A DNA stretch of 63,968 bases, filler included, from Conidiobolus incongruus B7586 (taxonomy: Eukaryota): NCBI GenBank assembly GCA_000697335.1. It is 15 parts of 15 records of this genome, joined end to end, with 100 filler letters (N's around TTAATTAATTAA, not from the genome) between each part and the next. Parts side by side here need not be neighbours in the genome. Positions count along the whole stretch, not along the records: positions 1 to 3,717 come from JNEM01000869.1; positions 3,818 to 8,932 come from JNEM01000875.1; positions 9,033 to 14,145 come from JNEM01000876.1; 12 more parts are not named here. One strand, given 5' to 3'. Both the position numbers and the translations under genes were made by a program. Under the pieces are notes generated by a model. It did no database searches and was not told where the DNA came from. It saw only the letters and a list, made by a program, of their open reading frames with translations. Shown piece by piece: positions 1 to 13,200 of this stretch. The number at the start of each line of letters is the position of its first letter. The stretch's first letter is position 1.

Positions 1-2949
1 ATTAAAAATAAAAAAAAGTATAAATCCTATATTTTTTATTCAACTTTATATATTATTTATAAATTTATTTATTTAATTTTAATTTTAAAATTATATCATT
101 ATTTTATATTTATAATAATATTAAATAATATATTAATATTTATATAATTTTAAAATTAAGGTTATTTAACTTTTTGAAATAAAATAAATTAATATATTTA
201 TTTGATTTTTTTATTTAAAATTGATATTATTATCATATTTAATAATGATAGTATTTATTTAAGTTACTTGTCTTTATATAATATTTGGTGTTAATTAACT
301 ATTAAATTATATATTTTTGATTTTAACTAATTTAATTCACTGGATTCAAAAATTTATTAGTAAATATAATAACCTTAGTTAAAATTATTTGGATTTAATC
401 AAATTGACAATAAGATTAATATTTTATTCATATATAATATATTTATCATTATTAAATTTAATATAATATTCAAATTAATTTGATTGGTAAACCAACCTCA
501 TTTTAATAATATATTAACATTATAGTATACACAAAGTGATGAAAAGTCACTTAAATATAAAATATTTACTAATTAAACTAAAATGAAAAATTTTATTAAA
601 TGACAAAAAATTATTTAAAATTATATTTTAAATTATATAGTAATAAAGATTGAATCATATAATATTTAATTATTTTTATAACTTAAATGATAGTGGCTAA
701 AATATTAATTTCATTCTTTTATAATCTACACATTGAAATTTCAGTTTAAGTTCAAATATATATATTTGATGCTACATCAAACTTTCGAATTATCTATTCG
801 ATACACATATAACATAAATAATATCAAATATAGTAAAATATATAGATATATTCCGATTATAATAAAGATTATTTGATGAATTCTAATTGAGAATTGTTAT
901 TTTGGTATATTTCCATAAATAAATTTACTCCCTAAACTTTTCTATTAATTTGAAAATTAATAAAAATATTAAAAAAACATCCAATATATTAATTTAAATA
1001 TAATTTAAAAATATATAACTAAAAGGTAAATTTTTTTAAAATTAAATAATAATTAAAAAATATATTTTTAAAAAAAAGTTATTAAAATATTTAAATTTGA
1101 CAAAATAAAATTACAATTGTTAAATATAATGTAGATCTAATCAAATTTAAGTAAAAAGGATTTTTTTAGTTTAAAAATTACACTAAAATCAAATTAAGTT
1201 AATAACAAGCATATAACCAAATTGCAAAATTGTTGAGGAAATTGAGGAGTTATAAGTACTGAATAAGAATATTATACTTAGATGATTATTTGATTGGCAT
1301 AGTTAGTTTTATACTAATGAAGCGTAACTTTTAAGTATTTATTAGCTAAATTTTTACATACTATTATTGGTTAGCTTCAAACCAATACATAAAAATTTTG
1401 TCAACCTCACGAATTGAGATTAGAGAAGCTTTATGTACATTGAAGTTAATTACAATTAGATATAAAAACATAAATTGTATTATAATCATTGAATAAATAA
1501 TAACATTGGTGTTTTGTTTAAGATATAATAATGCTAATTAGAAATGCAAAAGAATTGAATGCAAATGAATTAAATTAAGATTTAATGGTCAAATATAGAT
1601 CATTGGTAACTATTTTAAGCTTGAAAAGTTTGGAATAATTTTAATATGAAAATTGATTTAATTGGATAGTATACGCTTAGTCATAACCTAATCATTCTAT
1701 CAAGTTAATTTATGCTTTAGTTATTTTTTATCATAAACAAAAAAATTTATTATTGAAAAATTTTTGAATAAAAACTATCAAATTAAAAAGAGTATTTATA
1801 AGTAAATGTTTTAAATGCTCTCCAATAATATTCCCCAATTGTTTATAATTTGAAAAACCAGGTTTAACAATAATACATAATATTTTAAACTTATGTAAAA
1901 GTAATAAAATTTACATATTTTGATACTCTCAAGTTTAGAAATAATATAGTTGAAAAAATTATTTTGAAGTACTTATGAAACAGGGTAAAAATCAACTACC
2001 ACATTAGATAGATACTCTGGTAATTCAACTATTATTAAAGAGAGTTAAAATAATTAATTAAAATTATAAGATTTAACCCAGTATATAATTTAAAAATATT
2101 TTAAATCAATATTGATATATGAATTAAAAATTTAAAAATATAATTGGTTTGATTTAGTAAATAATATTCTTAATCAAGTAAAATATATTCAACTAAAACT
2201 AGATTTGAATAGATAATTAATAGAGCAAATTTTTCAAAATTACTTACTATTCAAAATGATTTTACAGCTATTCAATCTTGGTTATAGAAATGATTAGCAT
2301 CTCTTAATAATAAAAGTAGCTGAATCTTGTTAACTGTGTTTGATTGTGAATATTGTTATGATGTGCACTATAAAGTCATCGATGATCTTTTAAGAGGCGC
2401 TGAATCTGTATTAAGGACAATTAGTCTGAATTTACGATATATCTCTAATTGAAGACTGAAAATTGGATTTGAATTTAACATATCAGTACTCAATTATAAA
2501 GTCATTTATAAAATTTTCAAATTAAATTTTGTGTTTTTAATCGTTCAATTGTTATTCTTTATCTGTGTTATAATTAAGTATTTGAATATCTGTACCAATC
2601 TTAATAGACTATAAATTATAAGTTTATTAATGATCAATATGATTCATGTATATTGACATTATTATAATATTTGAATCGTGATTAACTTAATATAGTTATC
2701 GTTACTATGGAATCTAAAATGATTATCCCTACTGAATTGGACAGAAGCCCCTTAATCTGGAATAAATAATGATGCAAGAAAAATCACACTTCAAAAAAAA
2801 TGTAAATAGTAAAAGAAATTATTAGAATGCAAATTTGAGATTATTTATTGCACCCCTTTAAATCATGACATAGCATATAAATACTGGTCAGAGTCTCTCA
2901 TTATGGGTGAACCACTGCCGTGTTTTAATAGAATATTATTTAGTCTAAG

Positions 2950-3363
2950 ATGTTGGCAACTAGTCCTAAAGCTGTCATTCATAAATTAAAATCCTTCAAA
3001 AGTGCATCAAGTACATCAAAATCAAAACCGCCAAGAAGGATTCAATCCATGAAATGCATGGTCGGTGATTCTGATAACCACACTTGCATCTGCCAATTCC
3101 ACTCCAAACCATCCCAGTCCCCTTCCAACACATCATCCGTCTCAATTAACTCAGTCAGCTCACTCTCCAGCTCTATCTACTCTCCGATACCGAAGGATGA
3201 CGAATCGAGAAAATATCAGCTTGGCTTCAATCAAAGACAACAGTCAATTGAAAGTGCTAAGCAATTTGACGAAATGATTCACAATGGATTCAAAAACAAT
3301 GAAACTGAAGAGATTCACTACACGCTTATTTTAACAATGACACCAAAGCTATTTAGACTTTAA
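2950..3363 (+). CDS. Hypothetical Ser-rich protein (137 aa)
   Basis: ATG-started ORF on a GC-elevated island, with TATAAATA at 2876-2883. Low-complexity Ser-rich middle and a short ordered C-terminus (QFDEMIH...LILTMTPK). Confidence 0.75.
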   Translation: MLATSPKAVIHKLKSFKSASSTSKSKPPRRIQSMKCMVGDSDNHTCICQFHSKPSQSPSNTSSVSINSVSSLSSSIYSPIPKDDESRKYQLGFNQRQQSIESAKQFDEMIHNGFKNNETEEIHYTLILTMTPKLFRL

Positions 3364-3571
3364 CACTTTCCTCCAATTATATATATATATTCATAGAAAT
3401 TTCAAAAATTGCATACTTCATCTTTTATCCATATTCATCTTACCTAAACCATTTTTTAGACTTATTTAATGAATCTCCTCCTCCAAAATTAGCAAACATA
3501 ATAATTATATAATGATATAATATATAATATATACTTATTCTTATTAAATATATAAAAAAATGAATAATAAA

Positions 3572-3573
<2 letters not shown>

Positions 3574-3623
<50 letters not shown>
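3574..3623. repeat. (TTA)n microsatellite, about 16 units
   Basis: Perfect TTA run visible in the sequence near the contig end. Confidence 0.95.
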
Positions 3624-3717
3624 TTATAATCTATAATAATTGAAACTTAATACTTAAAACTTTATAAAAAAATATTTATAAACCATAAAAAAAATAATTA
3701 AAATAAATATTATGTAT

Positions 3718-3817
3718 NNNNNNNNNNNNNNNNNNNNNNNNNNNNNNNNNNNNNNNNNNNNTTAATTAATTAANNNNNNNNNNNNNNNNNNNNNNNNNNN
3801 NNNNNNNNNNNNNNNNN
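3718..3817. other. Artificial contig-joining linker (44 N + TTAATTAATTAA + 44 N); first of 14
   Basis: Identical 100-nt blocks at 3718, 8933, 14146, 19111, 23842, 28282, 32661, 36980, 41142, 45279, 49317, 53320, 57303 and 61272. The palindromic core places TAA stops in all six frames. Confidence 0.99.
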
Positions 3818-5718
3818 AATAAACAAACAATTTTGAAAAATTAAGTTTCTAATCAAAAAAGTATATATATATATATATAATTAAAAAATAATTAATTTCT
3901 TATTTATTTAAAATTATAGATATATTTAAAAAATCAAAGATTAAAAAATTTCCCATTATTTCAAATTCAAGGTAATACTATTAAAATATAGAATAAATTA
4001 ATAATAGATTAATCTTATGAATATATATTTCAATTATAATTACTTATCAATATAAAATATAAATGTTTATAATATTATTGAATATATTTTAATAACTATT
4101 TAATTTAGTAATAACCAAATTTTATTTAATATAATAAATTTAATTCACAATTATTTTGCAAATAATATTGAAATTAAATTAATATAAACTTTGATAGTAT
4201 AATAAATATTAATAAAAAACCAATATTAAAAGGTTTCTTATATCAAGTTATATATATGCATTATTTAAATGATAAATATTATTATATAATAATATTGGAA
4301 CTAAATTTATTTAATATTTTATTCCAATGTTATCAAGTTCAAATTTAATATAATTTATGACAATATTAAATATTCATAATGCTTTTTAAATTTAATATTA
4401 TATAAAATCAAAAAAGTTCAGCAAAATTTTATATTTATTTATAAGTATATAATTAATTACAATTTAGGTTTTGATAATTCTGGATCAGAGATATTTTCAT
4501 TATTCTTAAAATAATATATTTTTATATTAATTTTATAAAGATAAACCTAAACTTCCTAATATAAACTCTTTTATGCGTTTAACAAGTCAATTATTCCAAT
4601 ATTGAAACATTTAATTATAACTTTTTGAATTTTTTATATTAAAATTGTATGTATATTAATAGAATGATTTTTAAATGGTAGGTTTTAAATTGGATAAATT
4701 TTTATATATTTATTATTTATCAATGTATTAACAAGTTAATTGATCCGATTTGTCAGGATTTATAAGTATTCTACAATATTATAAACTGATGTTTCACTAT
4801 AGAAAGTTTAAAAAATTCCATGATTATCTAATAATTTATTCAATAATGCATTAATTTTGCTTTAACCAAGGTAAAACTTATATGCCGTATTTTAATACTA
4901 TCAACGGAATTAAAACCATTTTAAAATAATCAAATTATAAACTTAATATACAAGTTTGTATTTTGCATATCCATAATTCATCTGAATATTATAGATTAGC
5001 ATTATTATTAACACATCCATAAAAATTTTAAGCATTGATAGCTTAATGTCGCTATATATAAAAATTTTATTTTTTTTCAATTATACAGTAGTATTAAATT
5101 TATATTATCGGTATATTATTTTAAGCCATAATCGAAATTTACTTAAAAAACTAACACCTATGTCTTCTAAATACTTGATGATTTTTAAAGAAAATGTGGT
5201 TTAAATTTATTTATTTGAATTACACAAACATTAGTTAAACCACATTAATATAAAAGAATCCATCGAATAATTTATGTATTTAAAAACATCTAATAAAAAA
5301 GGTGAAGATTATCACATTGATTAAACATTAAATGAAGTTTTATTTAATTGAATTAATATTAGCAAAGACAAATAGCTGTTGTTGATATTTAACGAATAAT
5401 ATTGATAAAATTAAATGTAATAGATTCGAAATTTAAGTAGACCAAAAGCCAAGATTTTCATGGGATTTAGGTTTTATATAATTCTAAGCTGATTTTATGT
5501 TATTCAATTGAGCATTTAGTAATATTATGTATTGAATATTTTAATATTTTTTAATTTTATGATTTGCTTGAAATGATTTATATTTAACTCTTTTATTTAT
5601 TTTCAATTTGGAAAATTCGTAAAAATTTAATATATATATATATATATCTATGATAATATTTCTATATTTTTGCATTAAATTTCGATATTATTGATTTTAA
5701 ACTCTCAAATTTTTTATT

Positions 5719-6500
5719 GATATTAAAACATTCTTTTATTACAATCTACTCAAACATTATATTAATAATAAAAACAAAGTATATATTGCGTCAATCAATT
5801 GCTTTCGCTAATTAAAATTAAAGTATTTTTTATTGTAACAATTATTTAATGTGATATACAACAATCATTAATTTTATCTCTAGCGGTAGTCAATAAATCA
5901 TTTAATGCATCCATAACATTATAACTTAGAAAATTATGATTATATGGAGCTTAAAAATACTAGTGTTATTATCGCATTTACAAATATTACCAAGATTCAT
6001 ATTGCGTTTAAATCCATTACACATAGACATATATTAAACACCAATAGTAATAAAGTTGTGATACTGAATAGTTCTTTTCATTAAGCTTTAAAAATTTAGA
6101 AATGATTGACTTCAATGTTGAAAAGCTGTAACATTTTGAGAGCAACTTCCAATCATTATATTTATTCGATTATAATAATATTAAATCAAATTATTCAAAT
6201 ATATTTGATAATAAATTTATTACCAAGGTAAACACAATCCCGAAAAGCTTGACCTTTATTATTATTTTCAGTTTTACGATACATAAAATTAACCATAATT
6301 TTCATGTTAATTCAAAGCACTTTGGAATTATTAATTGATTATTTAATGCCAAAAAAGTAATAGTGTATCAAATCAATGATTTAATTTATAATTAAATATA
6401 TATTTTATACACAATTAATGGAATTAAAATATTATCTCCAAATTTGGAATGCGATATAATTTTCTATAAATTTTTGAACATTAATAAAAGAATATTCTTA
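5719..6500 (+). pseudogene. Decayed F-box-like/LRR (RNI-like) gene
   Basis: Manual translation gives an F-box-like start (LLKHYINNKNKVYIASINCFR*LKLKYFLL*QL) and then LRR-like units (AFTNITKIHIAF, SFKNLEMIDF, IPKSLTFIII, LSPNLECDII). Open stretches of about 55-68 codons are broken by stops and frameshifts. Family assignment is from recalled similarity, not a search. Confidence 0.45.
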
Positions 6501-7340
6501 ATATGTGAATGTGAATTAGATACAGATAATCACATATTAAATATCAAACAGTATCGAACAAAATCTAATTAATGGAATTCAACTAAAATCAAGTATTCAA
6601 GTTTTGAAAAATCATATATTATCAATATGAAATACTAAACTTAAATATATATTTAATATTAATCATTATAAGTAGAATATTTTGAAATTATTCTACCGAG
6701 ATATTTTGTAAATTACAGATAAAATAATCGCAATTTAAAAATCTTTGGCAAATTGATAAAATTACAATATCAAGGAGATCTTTCATTTATATTTTTAATA
6801 ATAGATGTGATATTTTTAAATAATGGAAGGAAAGCAAAGATATATACATTACCATTAAGCCTATAGTACATTTTGAAATAAATAATTCATTATAAAAAAT
6901 ATTTTTTTTATAAAAGTAATCATTAAATTTTAGAGTAATATATGATCAGGTATTAAATCATTTCATTCCTTTTAATGAATATAATTTTCCAAAATGCTAA
7001 ATTATATAAATCTATTGAAAGTAATAACAGTATTAAAACACTTAATTTTATATAAACTTTTTCCAAATCCATTTATTGAATATTCAATCTTTCCTAGCAA
7101 CTTGATAGCATTACGGTATAAAAATAATTATAACTCTAATTTTATTATGTATATATATAAATATCTTTATTCAATTATTAACTAAGAATAATTAGCATGA
7201 TGAAGTAAAATTCATCTTTAATTAAATTTAATAAAAAATCGGTGATAGATTTAAATTTAAGCATTAATGTGGCATTTGAAGATTGTTACTTTTAGGGAAC
7301 AATATTAATGCATTTTGAATAATAATAAAAATTTGTTGGC

Positions 7341-7348
7341 TATAAATA
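7341..7348 (+). promoter_or_regulatory. Putative TATA box of the 7404 ORF
   Basis: TATAAATA 63 nt upstream of the ATG; the same octamer sits at a similar distance before several other genes in the window. Confidence 0.5.
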
Positions 7349-7403
7349 CACTGCGAATTAGAGATACGAAGCTCAATAATCAATTTTATCAATTTTATCA
7401 ATT

Positions 7404-7760
7404 ATGAAGATTGAAAATCTGTTATCTTACGATACTCCAAAAAAACATCATATTAAAAATAACAAACCAAATTTAACTAATGAAGAAAGAGAGATTATTT
7501 ACGAACTTTTATGTCAGAACAGTTTTAATGGTAAACTTCCACGAGGAATTCTAAGGGAAGTTAGTGAAAAATTCAATGTCAAGCCCAGGACAATAAGCCG
7601 TATTTGGCATCAAGGTCAAGAGTCCATAAAGAATGGTTGGTTATATCCCAATGTACGGTCAAAAATTAAACTCAATTCGGGCCGAAAAAAAAATCCGCTA
7701 CGCTTACAACTGATGAGAGAGCAGCAAAGAAATCATTTTAATAGACTACTTATTTCTTAG
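7404..7760 (+). CDS. Stand-alone N-terminal HTH DNA-binding domain of a plant/oomycete-type (DD39D) mariner transposase (118 aa)
   Basis: LTNEEREIIYELL..S.NGKLPRG...VSEKFNV..RTISRIW.....NVRSK....GRKK matches the DD39D Tc1/mariner N-terminus ending in the GRK/GRPR-like linker. No catalytic DDD domain follows in any frame and no TIRs were found. Confidence 0.8.
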   Translation: MKIENLLSYDTPKKHHIKNNKPNLTNEEREIIYELLCQNSFNGKLPRGILREVSEKFNVKPRTISRIWHQGQESIKNGWLYPNVRSKIKLNSGRKKNPLRLQLMREQQRNHFNRLLIS

Positions 7761-9292
7761 TCTATTGATTTATATCCCCATTTAAAATATGTTAATTAAA
7801 TATAATAAGAATACTAATAAATATAGCATTAATTTAAACAACTTTAAAAATATAATAATGTAATTTCATACAATTGATAATATGTGTTGCATTTCAAATT
7901 ACCCGTCCATCTCGATTGGATAGTTAAGGCAATACTATTTATTAGATTTTAACATTCACTCAGGTAACTATTTTAATCATTTAATATCTACCATCTTATT
8001 ATAAATTATAACAATATGAAACTATATTACATAATTTTATAAATAAATTGAGAAGTAATTAAGATTAAACATTATGGGGCCAGTATATGCTATGAGTAAT
8101 TATATGTGTTAATTATATTAACTCAAATCGCCAAATTTTTTTATTTTTGTATTTTAAAAAATGAAATATGGTAATTCCATTTGTACTATAAAGTTAATTT
8201 ACCTTATTGTTATATCACTAGAATTAAATAATAATACTTATAGAAATTTTTTTAAAAAAAAAGTAAATAAAGGTTGAAAAATAATAATATTTAGGTATAT
8301 TTCATATTGTAAAATTGAAAAATATATCCAAGGAATAAACTCATAAAATTATTAAGTATGGTCAATATTTGAATGACTAATAATTCAGATTTAATTTTAA
8401 AATCTGATAAATATATAACTTGGTTTATTTATTACTCTAAAAATATAGAATATTATTAAATCATATATCTTATAATTAAAAATTTGATGCAAAATTATTT
8501 ACGGCAAAGTCAATACACCACTATTTAAACCTATTATATTATCCTACTTATATAAAATTCAATCAATATTTTTGATTTACCAATTTAATTTAAAAATTAA
8601 ATATTTTAATGTTACTTGCATAAAATATACTTCAAAAAGTTCAAAAGGCTAAATTATATCACCGGGAAAATATTTAAATATAATATAATAATTTAATAAA
8701 ACTATTAATGAAAATAATGCATAGATTAAGAATACTTCAATTTTTACTTATGATATATAATCTTTCGAAATAATAGGTATTAAATACCAAAATTAATTAA
8801 AATAAGCTTTAATAAACATATTTTATATAAAAGCTATTATCTTTCAAAAATTATAATTTTATTTTAGATAAATATTAAAAGATATATAAATATTTATATA
8901 GACAATTATATAATTAAATAAAATTATAGATANNNNNNNNNNNNNNNNNNNNNNNNNNNNNNNNNNNNNNNNNNNNTTAATTAATTAANNNNNNNNNNNN
9001 NNNNNNNNNNNNNNNNNNNNNNNNNNNNNNNNGAAATTAAACGCAAAAAAAAATTTAAAAGGAATTAAATAATTATTAATAATTTAGTATTATATATTAA
9101 AAAATCAAAATTTTATTTATATTTATTATAATATTGCTTAATGATCTATATTTTTATATTATATAGTATAAAAATTCAAAATTATTCTATTTTTCTTTTA
9201 AATATATGAATATAATAAAGATTGATAAAAATTAAGATTAAACTTATTATTTAATTAATATAATTCTTAAAATAAGTTTTTAATAATATTTA

Positions 9293-10282
9293 TTAAGATG
9301 TGGTATTTTGAAATAATTTAAACCAATAAATAGTTACCATAGCTCTCAATTCTTGATTTGTTTCTTCATGGAAGAATAAAATAAATAATGGATTGGTTAA
9401 GGGTAGAAAATGTAAGACAGTAGATGCCAGACTGTCAAATACATGTAAGTCATCAGTTCTCCATATCATAAAATATATTTGAGAGATTACGATGGGCAAA
9501 GACTGTAATATATACACTATTAGCATGATGATCACTTTCAATACTGAGCTTTTGATATTAGATCGATATTCGCAAGAATTCTGGACGCTTTCTTCCTCAT
9601 TGATCAAAGTTGTAGAACTTCCCCCTACTTTACATTTAGTAATTAATTCAATACTGCCCTTTTGATCAAAGTTGAAAGATTTGAAATAATTAATATAAAA
9701 TCGACTAATTTGAAGGTAGCAAAATATATCCACCAAAAGACAGATAAGTATACAGCTTTCAAATACATAAAAATAAACGGTAGGTGCTATTTCTTCAGTA
9801 GGAGCTATTGAACAATATTTTTTAGATGGAAATGCTGTGAATTTATGTTCCATTAGTGGCCATACACTGAAGATCAAATTCAAAAATATTAGAATAAATA
9901 TAGATATTACCCAGATTTCAATGGAATATAGTTTGTTATGACATATGGCCAAATATCTTAGTAAGCCTAGTATCATAACAACTTGGATACTGGAACCTAT
10001 TACAGCATGAAACACAAAGCCATACAGTTGACAAAAGTCGCTATTTGTGGCAAGAATAGTTGGACCAATCCAAATATTCATCAGAATACTTAGTGTGGAG
10101 TATGATGCAAATAGGATGTCCACTAAACATAGAATAAAGGAAACAACAGTGTCAGATTGGTATAACTTCATTCTATTAACTAGAATATGAATCACCAATA
10201 TATTTACTGGTATCGATATAATTGATACCAGCATTTCACAAAATGCAGATATATACCATCCTACATTGATATGATTCTCCAT
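9293..10282 (-). CDS. Rhodopsin-like (class A-type) 7TM receptor 1 (329 aa)
   Basis: Seven hydrophobic segments with N1.50 (PVN), LCLVD (D2.50), CQLYGF (C3.25), LRY exactly 25 residues after C3.25, ECL2 PSKKYC, TM5 FCY, TM6 QSLP and TM7 LTNPLF. First ATG is at 10282; the track starts at an upstream TTG. Confidence 0.9.
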   Translation of the reverse strand: MENHINVGWYISAFCEMLVSIISIPVNILVIHILVNRMKLYQSDTVVSFILCLVDILFASYSTLSILMNIWIGPTILATNSDFCQLYGFVFHAVIGSSIQVVMILGLLRYLAICHNKLYSIEIWVISIFILIFLNLIFSVWPLMEHKFTAFPSKKYCSIAPTEEIAPTVYFYVFESCILICLLVDIFCYLQISRFYINYFKSFNFDQKGSIELITKCKVGGSSTTLINEEESVQNSCEYRSNIKSSVLKVIIMLIVYILQSLPIVISQIYFMIWRTDDLHVFDSLASTVLHFLPLTNPLFILFFHEETNQELRAMVTIYWFKLFQNTTS

Positions 10283-13200
10283 CAAATTATCAATAATGAC
10301 TTAGATCTATATATTATATTGAATTAACAATGCCGATTATTTTACTTCGGTTTATATATGAATTGAAGTTACACTTAAATCTGGAAAAATATGATATTTA
10401 CCAAAATGTAATTAGAAGGATTATTATATTATTGTAACTGTCGACAGCTCTTTTTGTGACTGTACAACAATTAAGGTTAAATATTATTCAACTATATGTT
10501 CTTAAATTGAATCCTGTTATTAATTCAAAAATATATCATCATGTCAATCCATACACTATAAATACTATTTGATTTTTGAATGGTCAAGTAACTTAATTTT
10601 AATTATTTTATTCAATTAATTCTTAGTCATATTAATGGGTATTGATGAATTAAGAAAATTTCTAAAATATTAAATAATCTCATAAATGATAGAATCTCAA
10701 CTAAACTAATATCGGGTAAATATAATATTTGATATTTTATTAAAATTTTGTGAACAATTTAATGTAAAATATTTTTTTTTCTTTCTGTACAACTTTAAAA
10801 TAAATGAGGTTTCTTTAATATTAATCTATAATTCTCATAATTCTTTATTAAATAACCTGTAATTAAAAAACGTGTTAAAATTATTTTTAATAATATGTTA
10901 GGATTTGAAATCAAAATAATATGTTTTGAATTAAATTTTTATTAATTTTTATTAAATATTTCACAATTCATACTTATAATGAATAAGATATAACACGTTA
11001 TTATAATGTTAAATGTATGTAGTTTTCTTATTAATTCATTTTAATACATTTAATTTTGACAATAATATACGACTAATTAGAAATAAATAAACTATAACGT
11101 TATCTTTAATATTAATCATTTATATATTTATATAAATTTTTTAATATTAATTAAAATAACTAAAAATTAATTTGAGTTGATAACTTGCTGTGTCGAATTT
11201 AATCTGATGCATACTAATCATAGTCATCGCTGTCAGTTAAATTCCATATAATGTGACACTTGGTCTTATTTATTTTTTACAAATACATCAATAAACACAT
11301 TTTATTAATACTGAACATGTGTCTTGTCCTACTTTTATGTTCAATATTCATCCGTGTATCAGTGGATATGATTATAGATAAGGTGTTGAAATTTATTAGA
11401 TTATTCGAGGTTTTATTGCAACCAAAATCTTAAATTTAAAAATTTTCTAATATATTTTATTATATAATGAATCTTTCAATAAATATGATTTATCAAACAA
11501 CGTAATAAAGGAAGCATATATATTCTAACTTTATCATATTCATAATTTCATATCAATGATTAGTAATTCTAAATACATAATTGATTAATATCGAATTTTG
11601 GGTTGATTTTAACATTTTTAGAATTTATGTTAAGCTCAAAGAACGATTGATTATTTACTCAGTTCAATTTGAGAGAATATTATGATTGTTTTTTATAAAT
11701 AAGTACACGTTTCTTAAATTCTTGAAACAGTCTTATATTTAATAGTGGATATTAATATTTCCTAATTGAGTTTTTATTTCAAATTAAAAGTTTATTGATT
11801 ATTTTGAATTTATTACAAACTTATTTATCATTACAAAATTAGGATATATATAGTATAAATCAACAACTTTGTTTATTTATGCTGTATTGTTAAAATAGAA
11901 TCTAAACTATAGAATTGAAATCGATTATAAAGTCATATTAAAGTAATGTGAGATACAAAATTAAAGGGATAAATTCAAGTCTAACCTACCAATTGGCCTA
12001 GATTTTTTTCAATAGAGCTTTTCTAAGAAATATATTATATAAGAATATATGTAAAATTAATTATTGAGTTAATGTTTAAGGATAAAACTATGATAATATC
12101 TTATGACAGAAGTATTCTATAAGTATAAATTTGAATTTTACCTCTAATTAAATACATGAATATCTGGATAATATTTACCTAATCTTGAGTGGACATAAGA
12201 TTTTAAATATTTTTTATTTAAATATATATTATTGGATAATACATATTTTCTTCTCGTAAAGAATACCTATATATTAACTATCCTACCAATTATTATAGTT
12301 TTCTGTATAATATTTTAATAATTATTCCAAGTATTATAAACTGAAATACTGATATATCTTTGAATTTGATAAAATAAAATCCAAATATAATATCTTGCTT
12401 TTATATTATATAGAATAAAAAAAGACAAATTTGATATGTTAAGCCTAGTTTGTTTAATATAAGACCACTTTGAGTTTAATGAATGTAGTTGGATATATAT
12501 TGAAGGAGAAAAGTACCAATATTAAGATCTTTAAGATATATTTATAATATATTTTAAATATGCAATATATATGTGATATATATATTTTATATAATAATAT
12601 ATTAGATGGATTAAATTTGTAAGCAATAAAGAAAAAGGCTTAGATGGAGATTATACAAGTTTGTTAAAAAATCATAAATTTCAACTTAATAGTAAAAATC
12701 TATATTGATTAAATTTAATTAATATAGCAACATAGCATATTTATGACATTTGAAATACTTTTTTGATTAAGAATTTACAATAGTTAGTTCAATAATATTA
12801 TACTAAAGTATTGTAATTTTTAAATCTATTTTGATTAATAAATATTTGTTCTAAACTCTATTGTTGAAAATCTATATTAACAAAATTATATTTAATAATA
12901 ATATTATTTTTTATCAAAATTAAATCAAAATTATTTGCTGAATTTATAAAAATATATGATGCAAAATATATTATTATAATTAAAGGTATCACCATGCTAA
13001 ATAATAAATAAAAATAATTTATACATTATGTATTCATGCTTTATAATTTATTTATTGAAAATTTTATTATAAGTTTAAAGATATTTATTGTATTTTTATT
13101 CAAACAATTGAATAATTAAATCTTAATTTGAATTTTTTTATTTTTTTTAATTTCAAGTTTTGAAACTAAGAAATTTAACAAATATAACTCTTTTACATAT

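Noticed and set aside
6994..7185. 63-aa ORF
   Set aside because: Composition (I/N/Y/K/L) matches random AT-rich DNA; no GC elevation or motif.
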